Assembly (NCBI GenBank): GCA_040771865.1
Contig: JAXGZF010000004.1
Location: 289,916 to 353,915 of the forward strand
Direction: 5' to 3'
DNA: 64,000 nt
Source of the DNA: Desulfobacterales bacterium
Lineage (GTDB): Bacteria; Desulfobacterota; Desulfobacteria; Desulfobacterales; UBA2245
Under the pieces are notes generated by a model that saw only the letters and a list, made by a program, of their open reading frames with translations, was not told the DNA's origin and searched no databases. The translations under genes were made by a program, and so were the position numbers. Positions 37,454 to 46,925 of this stretch are shown here, piece after piece; position 1 is the first letter of the stretch; each line of letters starts with the position of its first letter.

Positions 37454-37487
37454 AAAAAGGGAGGGAGATTCACATCTCCCTCCCTTT
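37454..37487 (-). terminator. Rho-independent terminator-like hairpin after fdhB copy 1
   Basis: GGGAGGGAGAT-(4 nt loop)-ATCTCCCTCCC forms a perfect 11-bp GC-rich stem at 37459-37484. On the minus strand it is followed by TTTTT. Confidence 0.7.
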
Positions 37488-37508
37488 CTGATGATGGATC
37501 CTATCGGG

Positions 37509-38252
37509 TTATCCCAACAGGTTTCTGACAGTCCGCTTCAGGGGCGCCGTCATCTTGGAGATGGCGGCCATTCGAGAGATGCCCGCCGGACCCTGAGCTA
37601 CCAGATTCTTGTGATAGAATTCCGGTTTGTCCGTGATCAGGTAAATGACCCGGACCTCTTCCGCGTCGATCAACTGGGCTTCGGGAAATTCTTTCTTTAC
37701 AATGGCGAGCCGTTTTTGCGCCTCTTCAAGCATCTTCTCCCGGTCTCCAAAAAGGATCGCCCTGGTGATGCAGACCTTTGCGCACATGGGAATAAGCCCG
37801 GCAGCCACCCGCTCGAAGCACATGTCGCATTTGTTAATGACTCCGGTGGCGTCGTCGCGTCTCGGAATATCATAGGGGCATGCGCTTTTCATCTCGTCGA
37901 AGGCTTCCTTGGGCAATTCCTTGATCTTTTCGGTATAAACCACCGCGCCTGTGGCTTCGTCGATGATGACAGCGCCCTGCACATATTGGTTGGCAATATC
38001 CTTGCAAGGCGGCTGGAGGCAGTGGCGGCACTGGTCGCTCAAGAAATTCCACGTGACGCGATCGCCGATTTTATGCTCCTGAAAACGAACGATCTTGTAG
38101 TTCCTGGGATTCAGATCGGGCGGATTCTGATGGCTTCCCCAACCCAGCTGTGTTGTTTTGTTAGCCTGGAAGCCCTGCCATTCCTTACAGGCGACCTGGC
38201 ATCCACGGCACGCCGTGCACCGGGTTACATCAATGAAAAATGATTTTGACAT
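37509..38252 (-). CDS. fdhB: Formate dehydrogenase iron-sulfur (beta) subunit, copy 1
   Basis: 247-aa ORF with multiple ferredoxin-type Cys clusters (CTACRGCQVACKEW, CRHCLQPPC, CPYDIP, CDMCFERV...PMCAKVC). It lies immediately downstream of fdhA. Confidence 0.9.
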   Translation of the reverse strand: MSKSFFIDVTRCTACRGCQVACKEWQGFQANKTTQLGWGSHQNPPDLNPRNYKIVRFQEHKIGDRVTWNFLSDQCRHCLQPPCKDIANQYVQGAVIIDEATGAVVYTEKIKELPKEAFDEMKSACPYDIPRRDDATGVINKCDMCFERVAAGLIPMCAKVCITRAILFGDREKMLEEAQKRLAIVKKEFPEAQLIDAEEVRVIYLITDKPEFYHKNLVAQGPAGISRMAAISKMTAPLKRTVRNLLG

Positions 38253-38312
38253 ATTGTTCCTCCCTTTTTAATAAGCGGGCGAGCATGGGTCCGTCCGCCC
38301 GCTTTTTCATTT

Positions 38313-41300
38313 TTATGACAGTTCGGTCACCTTGTCCGCCTTCCGGATATTGACGAGGCAGGCCTTTGATTCTTGAATGGTGGTATTCGGATCGCCCGCC
38401 GAGATACACAGACGGTTGGTTGAATCGCCACACCCCGGAGTTGTCCAGCCGAAGCAGAACGGCATTCCGATCAGGTGGACGGTCTTGCCCTGAATCTTGA
38501 ACGGAGTGATGCGCATGGTGACCATGGCCGCAGCTTCAACCCGGCCTCTCGCGCTTTCGATAATCACGCCGTCGCCGTTCTTGATCCCCTTTTCCTTGGC
38601 CAGCTCCTCGCTCATCTCCACATAAAGCATGGGCTCGGCTTCAAGCAGGGGGGGAGTGTTTCTCGTTTCACTGCCGCTGCACCAGTGCTCTGTCAGGCTG
38701 TAGGTGGTCAGAACAATCGGATACTTGGGATCTCCCGGAACGGCAAGCTTGTCCATATCGCTTTGGATGACCTTTGCGCACGGGTTGTTCAGTTGATTTG
38801 AGAACAGATGCTTCTTAACAGGGGTTTCAATCGGCTCATAATGCTCCGGAAACGGACCGTCAACAAGTCCGGGGCCGAAAAGGCGTCCAAATCCCTCCGT
38901 CTGCATGATAAACGGATGTGTGCTTTTTCCTGATGAGACCGGCGGCGCTCCGCCATCGGGGACATCGCCGATCCATTTGCTTCCGTCCCATTCGATAACG
39001 GCACGAGAAGGGTCCCACGGTTTCCCGTTTAAATCAACCGATGCCCGGTTGTACAGAATTCTGCGGTTGACCGGCCAGCACCATGAAAATTTTGGAAAGA
39101 GTCCCAATTTGGCTTCCCTCTCGTTCTGCGTCAGATCGCGGTTTTTCGTCTGGTTGCCCTGTTCCGTAAAACTGCCGGCATATATCCAGTTTGGACAAGC
39201 CGTTGAACCGTCATCTGCGAATTCGGTAAAACTGGACACCTGGGTTCCCTTTTTGGGGCCGCTTACATAATAGCCGTTGCATTTTTTCGCAATTAATTCA
39301 GCATCGTATCTGTCATAAAAATCCATGTTCACAATAGGTCCAGGGAATGCACCGCCCTTTTCCTTGTACAGTCTCTTCACTTCGTTCATAATATCGATCA
39401 TGGTCTGTCCCATGGCTCTCGAGTCGCCCCTGGGTTTCGTGGCCTGATAGTGCCACATTATCCATCTTCCGCTGTTGGCGACAGAGCCTTCTTTCTCAAC
39501 GCGGTGGCTTGACGGGAAAAGGAAAACCTCTGTTTTGATATCTTTCGGATTAATGCCCGGACCATGCCAGAAATCCGTTGTTTCGTTGTGAAAGATGTCC
39601 GCAATAAACACCCAGTCGAGATTCCCCATGGCTTTCCTTATCTTGTGGATGTTTGGAAGGGACTGCGCGGGATTGGAGCCGAAAATTGAACCACCTTTCA
39701 TCCCGCCTTTATACATTCTGTCAAAATAAAACATAAAGGAATTGTCGCCCGCGTCCCAGCTTGCAGCCGCATCGAGTTTCGGAAGCCAGCTGTATCTAAA
39801 ATCGTTTTCCCTGGTTGCCGCGTCGCCGTACCAGGCTTTCAGCAGGCTGACCACGTATTTCGGGCGGTTCTGCCACCAGTTGACGCTTGCAGGATCTTTG
39901 GAGATCGGAGTAAACTTTTTATTGTAATCCGCAAGCGTAGGAAGATCGGCACGGGGCATCGGGTGATAGCCCGGAAGCTTATCGTACAGTATGGCATAGT
40001 CTGTTGCTCCCTGCACGTTGGGTTCGCCTCTCATGGCGTTGACGCCGCCGCCGGCGATGCCGATGTTGCCGAGCAGAAGCTGGACGATGCCGCCCGTGCG
40101 GATGTACTGAACGCCTACGGTATGCTGGGTCCAGCCAAGGGCATACAGGATGGTTCCGGCTTTGTCGGGTTTTCCAGTTGCTGTGTATAATTCATAGACT
40201 TTATTAATTTTTTCAACAGGTACGCCTGTAACCTCGGATACCTTTTTGATGTCGTATCTGGAATAATGCTTCTTCAGCAGCTGGAAAACACATCGGGGAT
40301 CCTGAAGGGTTTTATCCTTTTTCGGAATGCCGTTGGCGTCGTACTCGAATTTCCAGCTCGATTTGTCATACAGTTTCTTCTTTGCATCATATCCCGAGAA
40401 CAATCCGTCGTTGAATTTAAATTTATCGCTGACGATAAATGCCGCGTTCGTATAATTGACTACATAATCTTTAAAGTATTTGCCGTTGTCGATTATATAT
40501 TTGATCATGCCACCCACAAAAGCAATGTCGGTGCCCGAACGAATCGGCACATGGAGGTCCGCTCTCGCAGAGGTCCTTGAAAATTTGGGGTCGACGTGAA
40601 TGATTTTTGCGCCTCTTTCTTCCTTTGCCCGCATTATCCATCGAAAAACCATGGGATGATGCTCGGCCGCGTTGCTGCCGATGATTAAACAGCAATCCGT
40701 ATTCTTTACATCAATATAGTGATTTGTCATCGCACCGCGGCCGAAACATTGCGCAAGTGCCGGGACGGTTGAACTGTGGCACACGCGCGCCTGATGGTCC
40801 ATATTTACAATGCCAAGACAAGCCACCGCCTGACGTGTAACGGATAGTTCTTCATTGGTCATTTGCGATGAACCCATGTGGAACATTTCATCCACGCGGT
40901 TTACGACCTGACCTGCCGCATTCTTTTCTTTAAAATATTTGTCTCTTGTATCTTTAATGCGCCTGGCGACTTCCTTAACCATCCAGTCGTAATCCCTCTC
41001 CACCCATTGGTCGCTGTTCGGCGCGCGGTACAAAGGCTTGAGCAATCTGTTATCGCTGTTGATCTGGGACAGCATTGCCGCGCCTTTTGCGCACAGGGCG
41101 CCTTCGCTGACCGGATAGTCGGCGTCGCCTTCCGTACTGACAACCTTGCCGTTTCTGACATGGGCTATATACTGGCAAATGACCGAACAATAAGGACAGC
41201 TTGTGAGGACTTCCGTAGCGCCCCTGATCTTCAGCTCCTTTGCATAGGCTGTCGCGGGCCCCAGACCGAAACCCACCTGGCTCAGGGCGATTGCTGCCGC

Positions 41301-41345
41301 CCCGGCGCCCGTTACCTTCATAAAACCCCGCCGTGTAACTTCCAT
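38313..41345 (-). CDS. fdhA: Periplasmic formate dehydrogenase catalytic (alpha) subunit, Cys-type, copy 1
   Basis: Has a Tat signal (MEVTRRGFMKVTGAGAAAIAL) and an N-terminal 4Fe-4S motif (CPYCSVIC...LCAKG). The bis-MGD family blocks are present. The active-site stretch is HQARVCHSSTV, with TGC (Cys) where copy 2 has TGA. The start at 41345 is preceded by GAAGGAGG. Confidence 0.92.
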   Translation of the reverse strand: MEVTRRGFMKVTGAGAAAIALSQVGFGLGPATAYAKELKIRGATEVLTSCPYCSVICQYIAHVRNGKVVSTEGDADYPVSEGALCAKGAAMLSQINSDNRLLKPLYRAPNSDQWVERDYDWMVKEVARRIKDTRDKYFKEKNAAGQVVNRVDEMFHMGSSQMTNEELSVTRQAVACLGIVNMDHQARVCHSSTVPALAQCFGRGAMTNHYIDVKNTDCCLIIGSNAAEHHPMVFRWIMRAKEERGAKIIHVDPKFSRTSARADLHVPIRSGTDIAFVGGMIKYIIDNGKYFKDYVVNYTNAAFIVSDKFKFNDGLFSGYDAKKKLYDKSSWKFEYDANGIPKKDKTLQDPRCVFQLLKKHYSRYDIKKVSEVTGVPVEKINKVYELYTATGKPDKAGTILYALGWTQHTVGVQYIRTGGIVQLLLGNIGIAGGGVNAMRGEPNVQGATDYAILYDKLPGYHPMPRADLPTLADYNKKFTPISKDPASVNWWQNRPKYVVSLLKAWYGDAATRENDFRYSWLPKLDAAASWDAGDNSFMFYFDRMYKGGMKGGSIFGSNPAQSLPNIHKIRKAMGNLDWVFIADIFHNETTDFWHGPGINPKDIKTEVFLFPSSHRVEKEGSVANSGRWIMWHYQATKPRGDSRAMGQTMIDIMNEVKRLYKEKGGAFPGPIVNMDFYDRYDAELIAKKCNGYYVSGPKKGTQVSSFTEFADDGSTACPNWIYAGSFTEQGNQTKNRDLTQNEREAKLGLFPKFSWCWPVNRRILYNRASVDLNGKPWDPSRAVIEWDGSKWIGDVPDGGAPPVSSGKSTHPFIMQTEGFGRLFGPGLVDGPFPEHYEPIETPVKKHLFSNQLNNPCAKVIQSDMDKLAVPGDPKYPIVLTTYSLTEHWCSGSETRNTPPLLEAEPMLYVEMSEELAKEKGIKNGDGVIIESARGRVEAAAMVTMRITPFKIQGKTVHLIGMPFCFGWTTPGCGDSTNRLCISAGDPNTTIQESKACLVNIRKADKVTELS

Positions 41346-41574
41346 TTGTTGCCTCCTTCGATTTGTTTTCATGATTTATTGCCTGCAACCTTTTCAGCGC
41401 TTGTTCGGAGATCACGTTGCCGCTTCCATTCGATGCCGGCTGAAATTTCCTCGCAAGCCCTGATATGTAAATTTCGTCGAGCCATTTATATAATCAATTA
41501 TTCAAATTGAAGGAATAAATGACATAATGCAGTACGGTTGTCAATAGATTTTATAGAAAAATGCTATAATATTA

Positions 41575-41594
41575 ATATGTTATGGCAAACATAT
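41575..41594. promoter_or_regulatory. Near-palindrome ATATGTTA-N4-AAACATAT upstream of fdhA copy 1 (candidate operator)
   Basis: Read from the sequence. It occupies the same position and has the same 8-4-8 architecture as the perfect palindrome upstream of fdhA copy 2. It lies within an otherwise partly diverged leader/promoter region. Confidence 0.35.
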
Positions 41595-41757
41595 AAAAAA
41601 GGGCATCCGGCGTGGTGGGAAAAATATTACGCGGAAATTTCCCGGCGAACAGGAAACGATCCTTGCGGGGGTTTTACAGAAGAAAGCGGTTTATTGAAAA
41701 TAGGGCGAAGATTGTTGTTGGTGAGATCGCTCTTTTACGGCCGCTTGCCGCAAAATT

Positions 41758-41786
41758 ATAAGCTCGCCTTTGAACGGCGAGCTTAT
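41758..41786 (-). terminator. Hairpin downstream of fdhE (possible terminator)
   Basis: ATAAGCTCGCC-(7 nt)-GGCGAGCTTAT forms a perfect 11-bp stem about 70 nt after the fdhE stop. On the minus strand it is followed by AATTTTG, a weak U-tract. Confidence 0.4.
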
Positions 41787-41855
41787 GAAATTCAAATCGA
41801 ATGGGGTGGGTTGATCCGGCTCTTACAGAAGATCCGATCCGGTTCGTATTTGGTA

Positions 41856-42734
41856 TTAAAACCCAACCTCTATACCGCTTTTAAATCCGGTTTCCGCTGC
41901 CTTGATATCCAGATGCGGAGTGGAAATATATTCCAGGGGCGGATAAATTTCCCGGTCTGTTTTCCGGGTGTCCACGGTCTTGATGTATTTTCCGCACTTG
42001 TCGCAGACGTCCAGACGGTGCTCTTCCTCGCTCTCAATTTCGAAATAGTGAAGGGCGTTGTGGTCCGTATTGTCGCAGAAGGGGCAGAATATTCTTTTCG
42101 TGGCCCATTTGTGCCAGCAGAAGCTGCAGCAGAAGAACCGCTTCCCGTTTTCCTCGAATATCGAAATCGCCGGGAGCGACCCGCAGATCGGGCAGTATCC
42201 CTTTTCCCAGGGCTGGTTCTTGTCCAGATAACTTGAAAGCTGCTTTGCGCACCGGGCCAGCGAGGGTTTCACGCTGCTGTAGACAATGAAGCCCAGCGTT
42301 TTTTTATCGATTTTAAGCTCGTCTGAGACTTTTTGAAAAAAAGTTTCGTCCGATTTCAGAAACGCGGCAAAAAGCGCGTTTAAATCCAGTTTCCCGGCTT
42401 CCACGGCTTCGGCAATCTTTTTGGCGGATTCAGACATTGCTCCGGACGCCTGCTGAACGATTTCGCACAGATTTTTGAACAGCGCCGCGGCTGCCCTGGA
42501 ATCGATTGCAAACTGCGAAATGTCGATGAGCGGAAATCCTTCTTTTACTTTTAGAGCCAGGGCGTCTGCGGAAATTTCCAAGGGTTCGATACGGGTCTGA
42601 TTTGCCGAATCCTCCTGAGCGATAAAAATCTTTTCATAGAAATCGATCAGGTCGGAATAATTCGGCTTCAGCTTTCGGATTTCTTCCAGCCCCTTTAAGA
42701 TACGGCCGGAGGATGACTCTGTGCTTTCGGGCAT
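41856..42734 (-). CDS. fdhE: Formate dehydrogenase accessory protein FdhE
   Basis: Has four CxxC pairs in the FdhE arrangement (CPICGS, CSFCWHKW, CPFCDN, CDKCGKY). The start at 42734 (MPESTESSSG) has the RBS GGAG. Confidence 0.88.
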   Translation of the reverse strand: MPESTESSSGRILKGLEEIRKLKPNYSDLIDFYEKIFIAQEDSANQTRIEPLEISADALALKVKEGFPLIDISQFAIDSRAAAALFKNLCEIVQQASGAMSESAKKIAEAVEAGKLDLNALFAAFLKSDETFFQKVSDELKIDKKTLGFIVYSSVKPSLARCAKQLSSYLDKNQPWEKGYCPICGSLPAISIFEENGKRFFCCSFCWHKWATKRIFCPFCDNTDHNALHYFEIESEEEHRLDVCDKCGKYIKTVDTRKTDREIYPPLEYISTPHLDIKAAETGFKSGIEVGF

Positions 42735-42763
42735 AAAACACTCCAATCTCGTTGATGCATGTG

Positions 42764-42797
42764 AAAAAGGGAGGGAGATTCACATCTCCCTCCCTTT
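42764..42797 (-). terminator. Terminator-like hairpin after fdhB copy 2, identical to the copy-1 hairpin, only ~30 nt upstream of the fdhE start
   Basis: The same GGGAGGGAGAT-TCAC-ATCTCCCTCCC stem occurs at 42769-42794, with TTTTT on the minus strand. Confidence 0.6.
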
Positions 42798-42818
42798 CTG
42801 ATGACTGAGCCTATCGGG

Positions 42819-43562
42819 TTATCCCAATAGATTTCTGACGGACCGCTTCAGGGGTGCCGTCAGTTTGGCGATGGCGGCCATCCGTGAGATGCCCGCCGGC
42901 CCCTGCGCTACCAGATTCTTGTGATAGAATTCCGGTTTGTCCGTGATCAGGTAAATGACCCGGACCTCTTCCGCGTCGATCAACTGGGCTTCGGGATAGT
43001 CTTTCTTGACAACGGCGAGCCGTTTCTTCGCCTCATCCATCATCTTCTCCCGGTCTCCAAAGGTGATCGCCGAGGTGGGGCAGGACTTTGCACACATGGG
43101 AATGAGTCCGGCGGCCACCCGCTCGTAGCACATGTCGCATTTGTTAATGACTCCGGTGGCGTCGTCGCGTCTCGGAATATCATAGGGGCATGCGCTTCTC
43201 ATCTCGTCGAACGCTTCCTTGGGCAGCTGCTTGGCTTTGTCGGTATAAATTACCGCACCCGTGGCATCGTCGAAGACGACGGCGCCCTGCATATAGCCGT
43301 CGGCCATGTCCTTGCAGGGCGGCTGGAGGCAGTGGCGGCACTGGTCGCTCATGAAGTTCCACGTAACCTTGTCGCCGATTTTATGCTCCTGAAAACGAAC
43401 GATCTTAAAGTTTTTGGGATTCAGATCGGGCGGATTCTGATGGCTTCCCCAGCCGATCTGCGTGGTCTTGTTTGCAGCGAATCCCTGCCATTCCTTGCAG
43501 GCGACCTGGCATCCCCGGCACGCCGTGCATCGTGTTACATCGATCAAAAATGTCTTTGACAT
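42819..43562 (-). CDS. fdhB: Formate dehydrogenase iron-sulfur (beta) subunit, copy 2
   Basis: 247-aa ORF, collinear with copy 1 and identical to it at most positions. The same Cys clusters are present. Confidence 0.9.
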   Translation of the reverse strand: MSKTFLIDVTRCTACRGCQVACKEWQGFAANKTTQIGWGSHQNPPDLNPKNFKIVRFQEHKIGDKVTWNFMSDQCRHCLQPPCKDMADGYMQGAVVFDDATGAVIYTDKAKQLPKEAFDEMRSACPYDIPRRDDATGVINKCDMCYERVAAGLIPMCAKSCPTSAITFGDREKMMDEAKKRLAVVKKDYPEAQLIDAEEVRVIYLITDKPEFYHKNLVAQGPAGISRMAAIAKLTAPLKRSVRNLLG

Positions 43563-43621
43563 GTCGTTTCTCCCTTTTTAATAAACGGGCGGACAGGAAT
43601 CGCCCGCCCGTTTTTCGCATC

Positions 43622-46600
43622 TTATGACAGTTCGGTCAACTTGTCCGCCTTTTTGATGTTGACAAGGCAGGCTTTGTATTCAGGAATGGAGGTGTTCGGA
43701 TCGCCCGCCGAGACGCACAGACGGTTGGTGGCGTCGCCCACTCCGGGAGTAGTCCAGCCAAAGGCAAAGGGCATTCCGATTTCATGAACGGTCTTGCCCT
43801 GAATCTTGAACGGGGTCATGCGCATAGTGACCATGGCCACGGCCTCGACCCTTCCTCTGGCGCTTTCGACAATCACGCCGTCGCCGTTCTTGATTCCCTT
43901 TTCCTTGGCCAGTTCCTCGCTCATCTCTACGTAAAGCTGGGGTTCGGCTTCCAGCAAAGAGGGCACGTTTCTCGTCTCCCCGCCGCCGCACCAGTGTTCC
44001 GTCAGGCTGTAGGTGGTTAGAACGATGGGATACTTCGAATCGCCCGGGACTGCCCGCTTGTCGAGTTCGCTTTCAATCACCTTGGCGCAGGGGTTGTTGA
44101 GCTGTTTGGAGAAGGGGTGCTTCTTGACCGGGGTTTCGATCGGTTCGTAATGCTCGGAGAACGGCCCTTCCTCGCGTCCGGGGCCGTAAAGCGCGCCGTG
44201 CCCTTCCTTCTGCATGATGAAGGGGTATTTGCCCTGTCCGGTTGCCATCGGAGGCCAGCCGCCGTCAGGCACGTCGCCGATCCACTTGTTGCCATCCCAC
44301 TCGATGACAACTCGGGTCGGATCCCAGGGCTTGCCGTTCAGGTCGACCGAAGCCCGGTTGTACAGGACTCTCCGGTTGACCGGCCAGCACCACGAATAGC
44401 CTGGGAAGAGGCCGATTTTGGCCTGCAGGTCGGTCTGGGACAGGCCGCGATTCTTCATCTTGTTGCCCGCCTCTTCAGTATAGCTTCCGGTGTAGAGCCA
44501 GTTCCGGGAGCTGGTCGATCCGTCGTCGGCCAGATTGGCGAAGCTGGGCACAAGGGACCCTGCCTTGTATGTCTTGTCTTTAATGGTGGTGTCTTTGAGG
44601 AAGAAACCGTTGCATTCTTTCGCGATTTGTTCCGCATCGAAATGGGAGGGCCAGTTCAGGTTCACAATCGGTTCCGGAAATACGCCGCCTTCTTCCCTGT
44701 AAAGCTTTCGCACCGCGTTCATGATTTCCACCATGGTCTCGCCCATGGATTTGGATTCGCCTGCCGGTTCGGCGGCCTTGTAATGCCACAATACCCAGCG
44801 TCCGCTGTTGCTGATGCTGCCTTCCTTTTCCACGCGGTGGCAGGCTGGGAACAGGAACACTTCGGTTTTGATGTCCTTGGGGTTGACCCCGGGCCGGTGC
44901 CAGAAATCGGTGGTCTCATTTTGATGGATTTCGGAGATGTACAGCCAGTCCAGGTTGTCCATCGCTTTCCGGACCTTGGTTGTGTTGGGTATGCTCTGGG
45001 CCGGGTTGTGCGCCCAGACCGAGCCGCCCTTGATTTTCCCCTTGTACATCCGGTCGAATATATGCAGGTGTGAATAGTCGCCCTGCACGAGACCTTTTGG
45101 CGTATCGCCCTTCGGAACCCAGCTATAGGCGAAATCGTTTTCCTTTGTCGCTGCGTCGCCGAACCAGGATTTCAGCAGGCTGACCACGTATTTCGGGCGG
45201 TTCTGCCACCAGTTGGCGCTCAGGGGATCCTTGGTGACCGGTGTGTTGGCCTTGTTGTAATCGGCCAGGGTGGGCCAGTGTGACCGGGGTACCGAATGAT
45301 AGCCGGGCAGGATATGATAGAGAATGCAGTGGTCGGTGGAACCCTGAACGTTGGGCTCGCCGCGCAGCGCGTTGATGCCGCCGCCGGCAACGCCGATGTT
45401 GCCCAGCAGCAGCTGAACGATCGCGCTGGTCCGGATGTTCTGAACGCCGACCGTATGCTGGGTCCATCCCAGGGCGTACATGACCGTTCCGGCCTTGTTC
45501 TTTTGTCCGGTCGCGGCATACGTTTCATACACCTTGAGCAGATTTTTTTCTGAAACGCCGGTGATCGCCGAAACATTCTTTAAATCGTACCGGGAGTAGT
45601 GTTTCTTCAGAAGCTGGAAAACGCATCTTTTATTCTTGAGAGTCTTGTCTCTTTTCGGAACTCCGTTGGCGTCCACATCAAACGCCCAGGCTTTTTTGTC
45701 GTAGGTGCTCAAATTCTTGTCAAAGCCGGAAAACAGGCCGTCTTTGAAACCGAATTTTTCGCCGACGATAAACGATGCGTTGGTGTATTCCGTTACGTAT
45801 TCCTTGAAGTATTTTTCTTTGTCGATAATGTACTTGATCATGCCGCCCAGAAACGCGATATCCGTTCCGGAGCGAAGGGGCACGTGAAAATCGGCCCGTG
45901 CCGAGGTTCTGGAGAATTTGGGGTCCACATGGATGATGGTCGCGCCTCTTTCCTCCCTGGCCTTCATAACCCATTTGAAACAGATGGGGTGATGCTCGGC
46001 GGCATTGCTGCCCATAATCAAGGCACAGTCCGTGTTTTTAATATCAATCCAGTGATTGGTCATCGCGCCGCGTCCGAACGACTCTCCCAGAGCCGCAACA
46101 GTTGCGCTGTGTCAGATACGGGCCTGATGATCCATGTGGACGACGCCCATGGCTCGCAGCGCCTGATGAACGATGGCGCATTCCTCGTTGCTCATCTGGG
46201 AGGAGCCCAGGTGAAAAATTTCCTCCACCCGGTTGACGACCTGTCCGCTTTCATTGGTGGCTTTAAAGTTTTTGTCGCGGGTGTCCTTGATCCGCCGCGC
46301 CAAATTTTCCAGCATCCACTCCCAGCTCTTTTCTTCCCACTTGTCGCTGTACGGAGCGCGGTACTTGGGCTTCAGGACTCTGTGGTGGCTGTTGATCATG
46401 GAATTCATGGTCGCGCCTTTTGCGCACAGGGCGCCTTCGCTGACCGGATAGCCCGGATCGCCTTCGGTGCTCACAACCTTGCCGTCCCTCACATGCGCAA
46501 TGTAATGGCAGCAGACTGAACAGAACGGGCAGATCGAGATGACTTCCTTGGCGCCCTTGATCTTCAGCTCCTTTGCATAGGCTTTCGCGGGTCCCAGACC

Positions 46601-46678
46601 GAAACCCAGCTGGCTCAGGGCGATTGTCGCCGCCCCGGCGCCGGTTACCTTCATAAAAACTCGCCGTGTTACATCCAT
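43622..46678 (-). CDS. fdhA: Periplasmic formate dehydrogenase catalytic (alpha) subunit, selenocysteine-type, copy 2 (in-frame UGA at 46114..46112)
   Basis: Track ORFs 46112..46678 and 43622..46063 are in the same frame, separated only by TGA. Reading through gives ...HMDHQARI-U-HSATVAALGESFGRGAMTNHW. This aligns with HQARVCHSSTV...GRGAMTNHY of copy 1 and with the known Sec position of FDH-type enzymes. A Tat signal (MDVTRRVFMKV) is present and the RBS is AAGGAGG. Confidence 0.9.
46078..46111 (-). promoter_or_regulatory. Candidate bacterial SECIS hairpin immediately 3' of the UGA codon
   Basis: The mRNA after the UGA reads CACAGCGCAACUGUUGCGGCUCUGGGAGAGUCGUUCGG. GCGGCUCU-GGG-AGAGUCGU can form a stem of about 8 bp (including G-U pairs) with a G-rich apical loop, starting 15 nt after the UGA. 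I folded this by eye only, and an alternative smaller hairpin (CGCAA-CUG-UUGCG) exists. Confidence 0.4.
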
Positions 46679-46925
46679 TAGTTGCCTCCTTCGATTGTCT
46701 TACTGATGATTTGTAACCTGCAACCTTTTCAGCGCTTTTACCAGGATCACGCAGCTTCCGTTTGTTGCCGGAGAAGGTTTTCCTCCTGAATAGACTTGCC
46801 GCAAGCTCTGATATTAAAAAGCGTCGAGTTATAATTTACGGAATCGATCATTCCAGTTTCTATCTTATTTGATATAGAGGGATCGAATTGTCAAGGCTTT
46901 TTGAAATAAAAATGTAATAATTTTA

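Noticed and set aside
37491-38243. 250-aa plus-strand ORF. Its twin is at 42921..43559. Two similar plus-strand ORFs are at 44117..45073 and 45599..46519.
   Set aside because: All are antisense shadows of fdhB and fdhA. Their 'conservation' between copies simply mirrors the duplication of the real genes on the minus strand.
41538-42236. 232-aa plus-strand ORF spanning the fdhA1 upstream region and the 3' half of fdhE.
   Set aside because: Its second half is antisense to fdhE. Its first half covers AT-rich promoter DNA, including the palindrome. It has no RBS and no motif.
43622-46063. Interpretation of the two fdhA2 ORF pieces (43622..46063 and 46112..46678) as a disrupted pseudogene or as two separate genes.
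   Set aside because: The pieces are in the same frame and are separated only by TGA at the canonical Sec position. Homology to copy 1 is continuous across the junction. The stretch between the TGA and the first ATG of the long piece also aligns.
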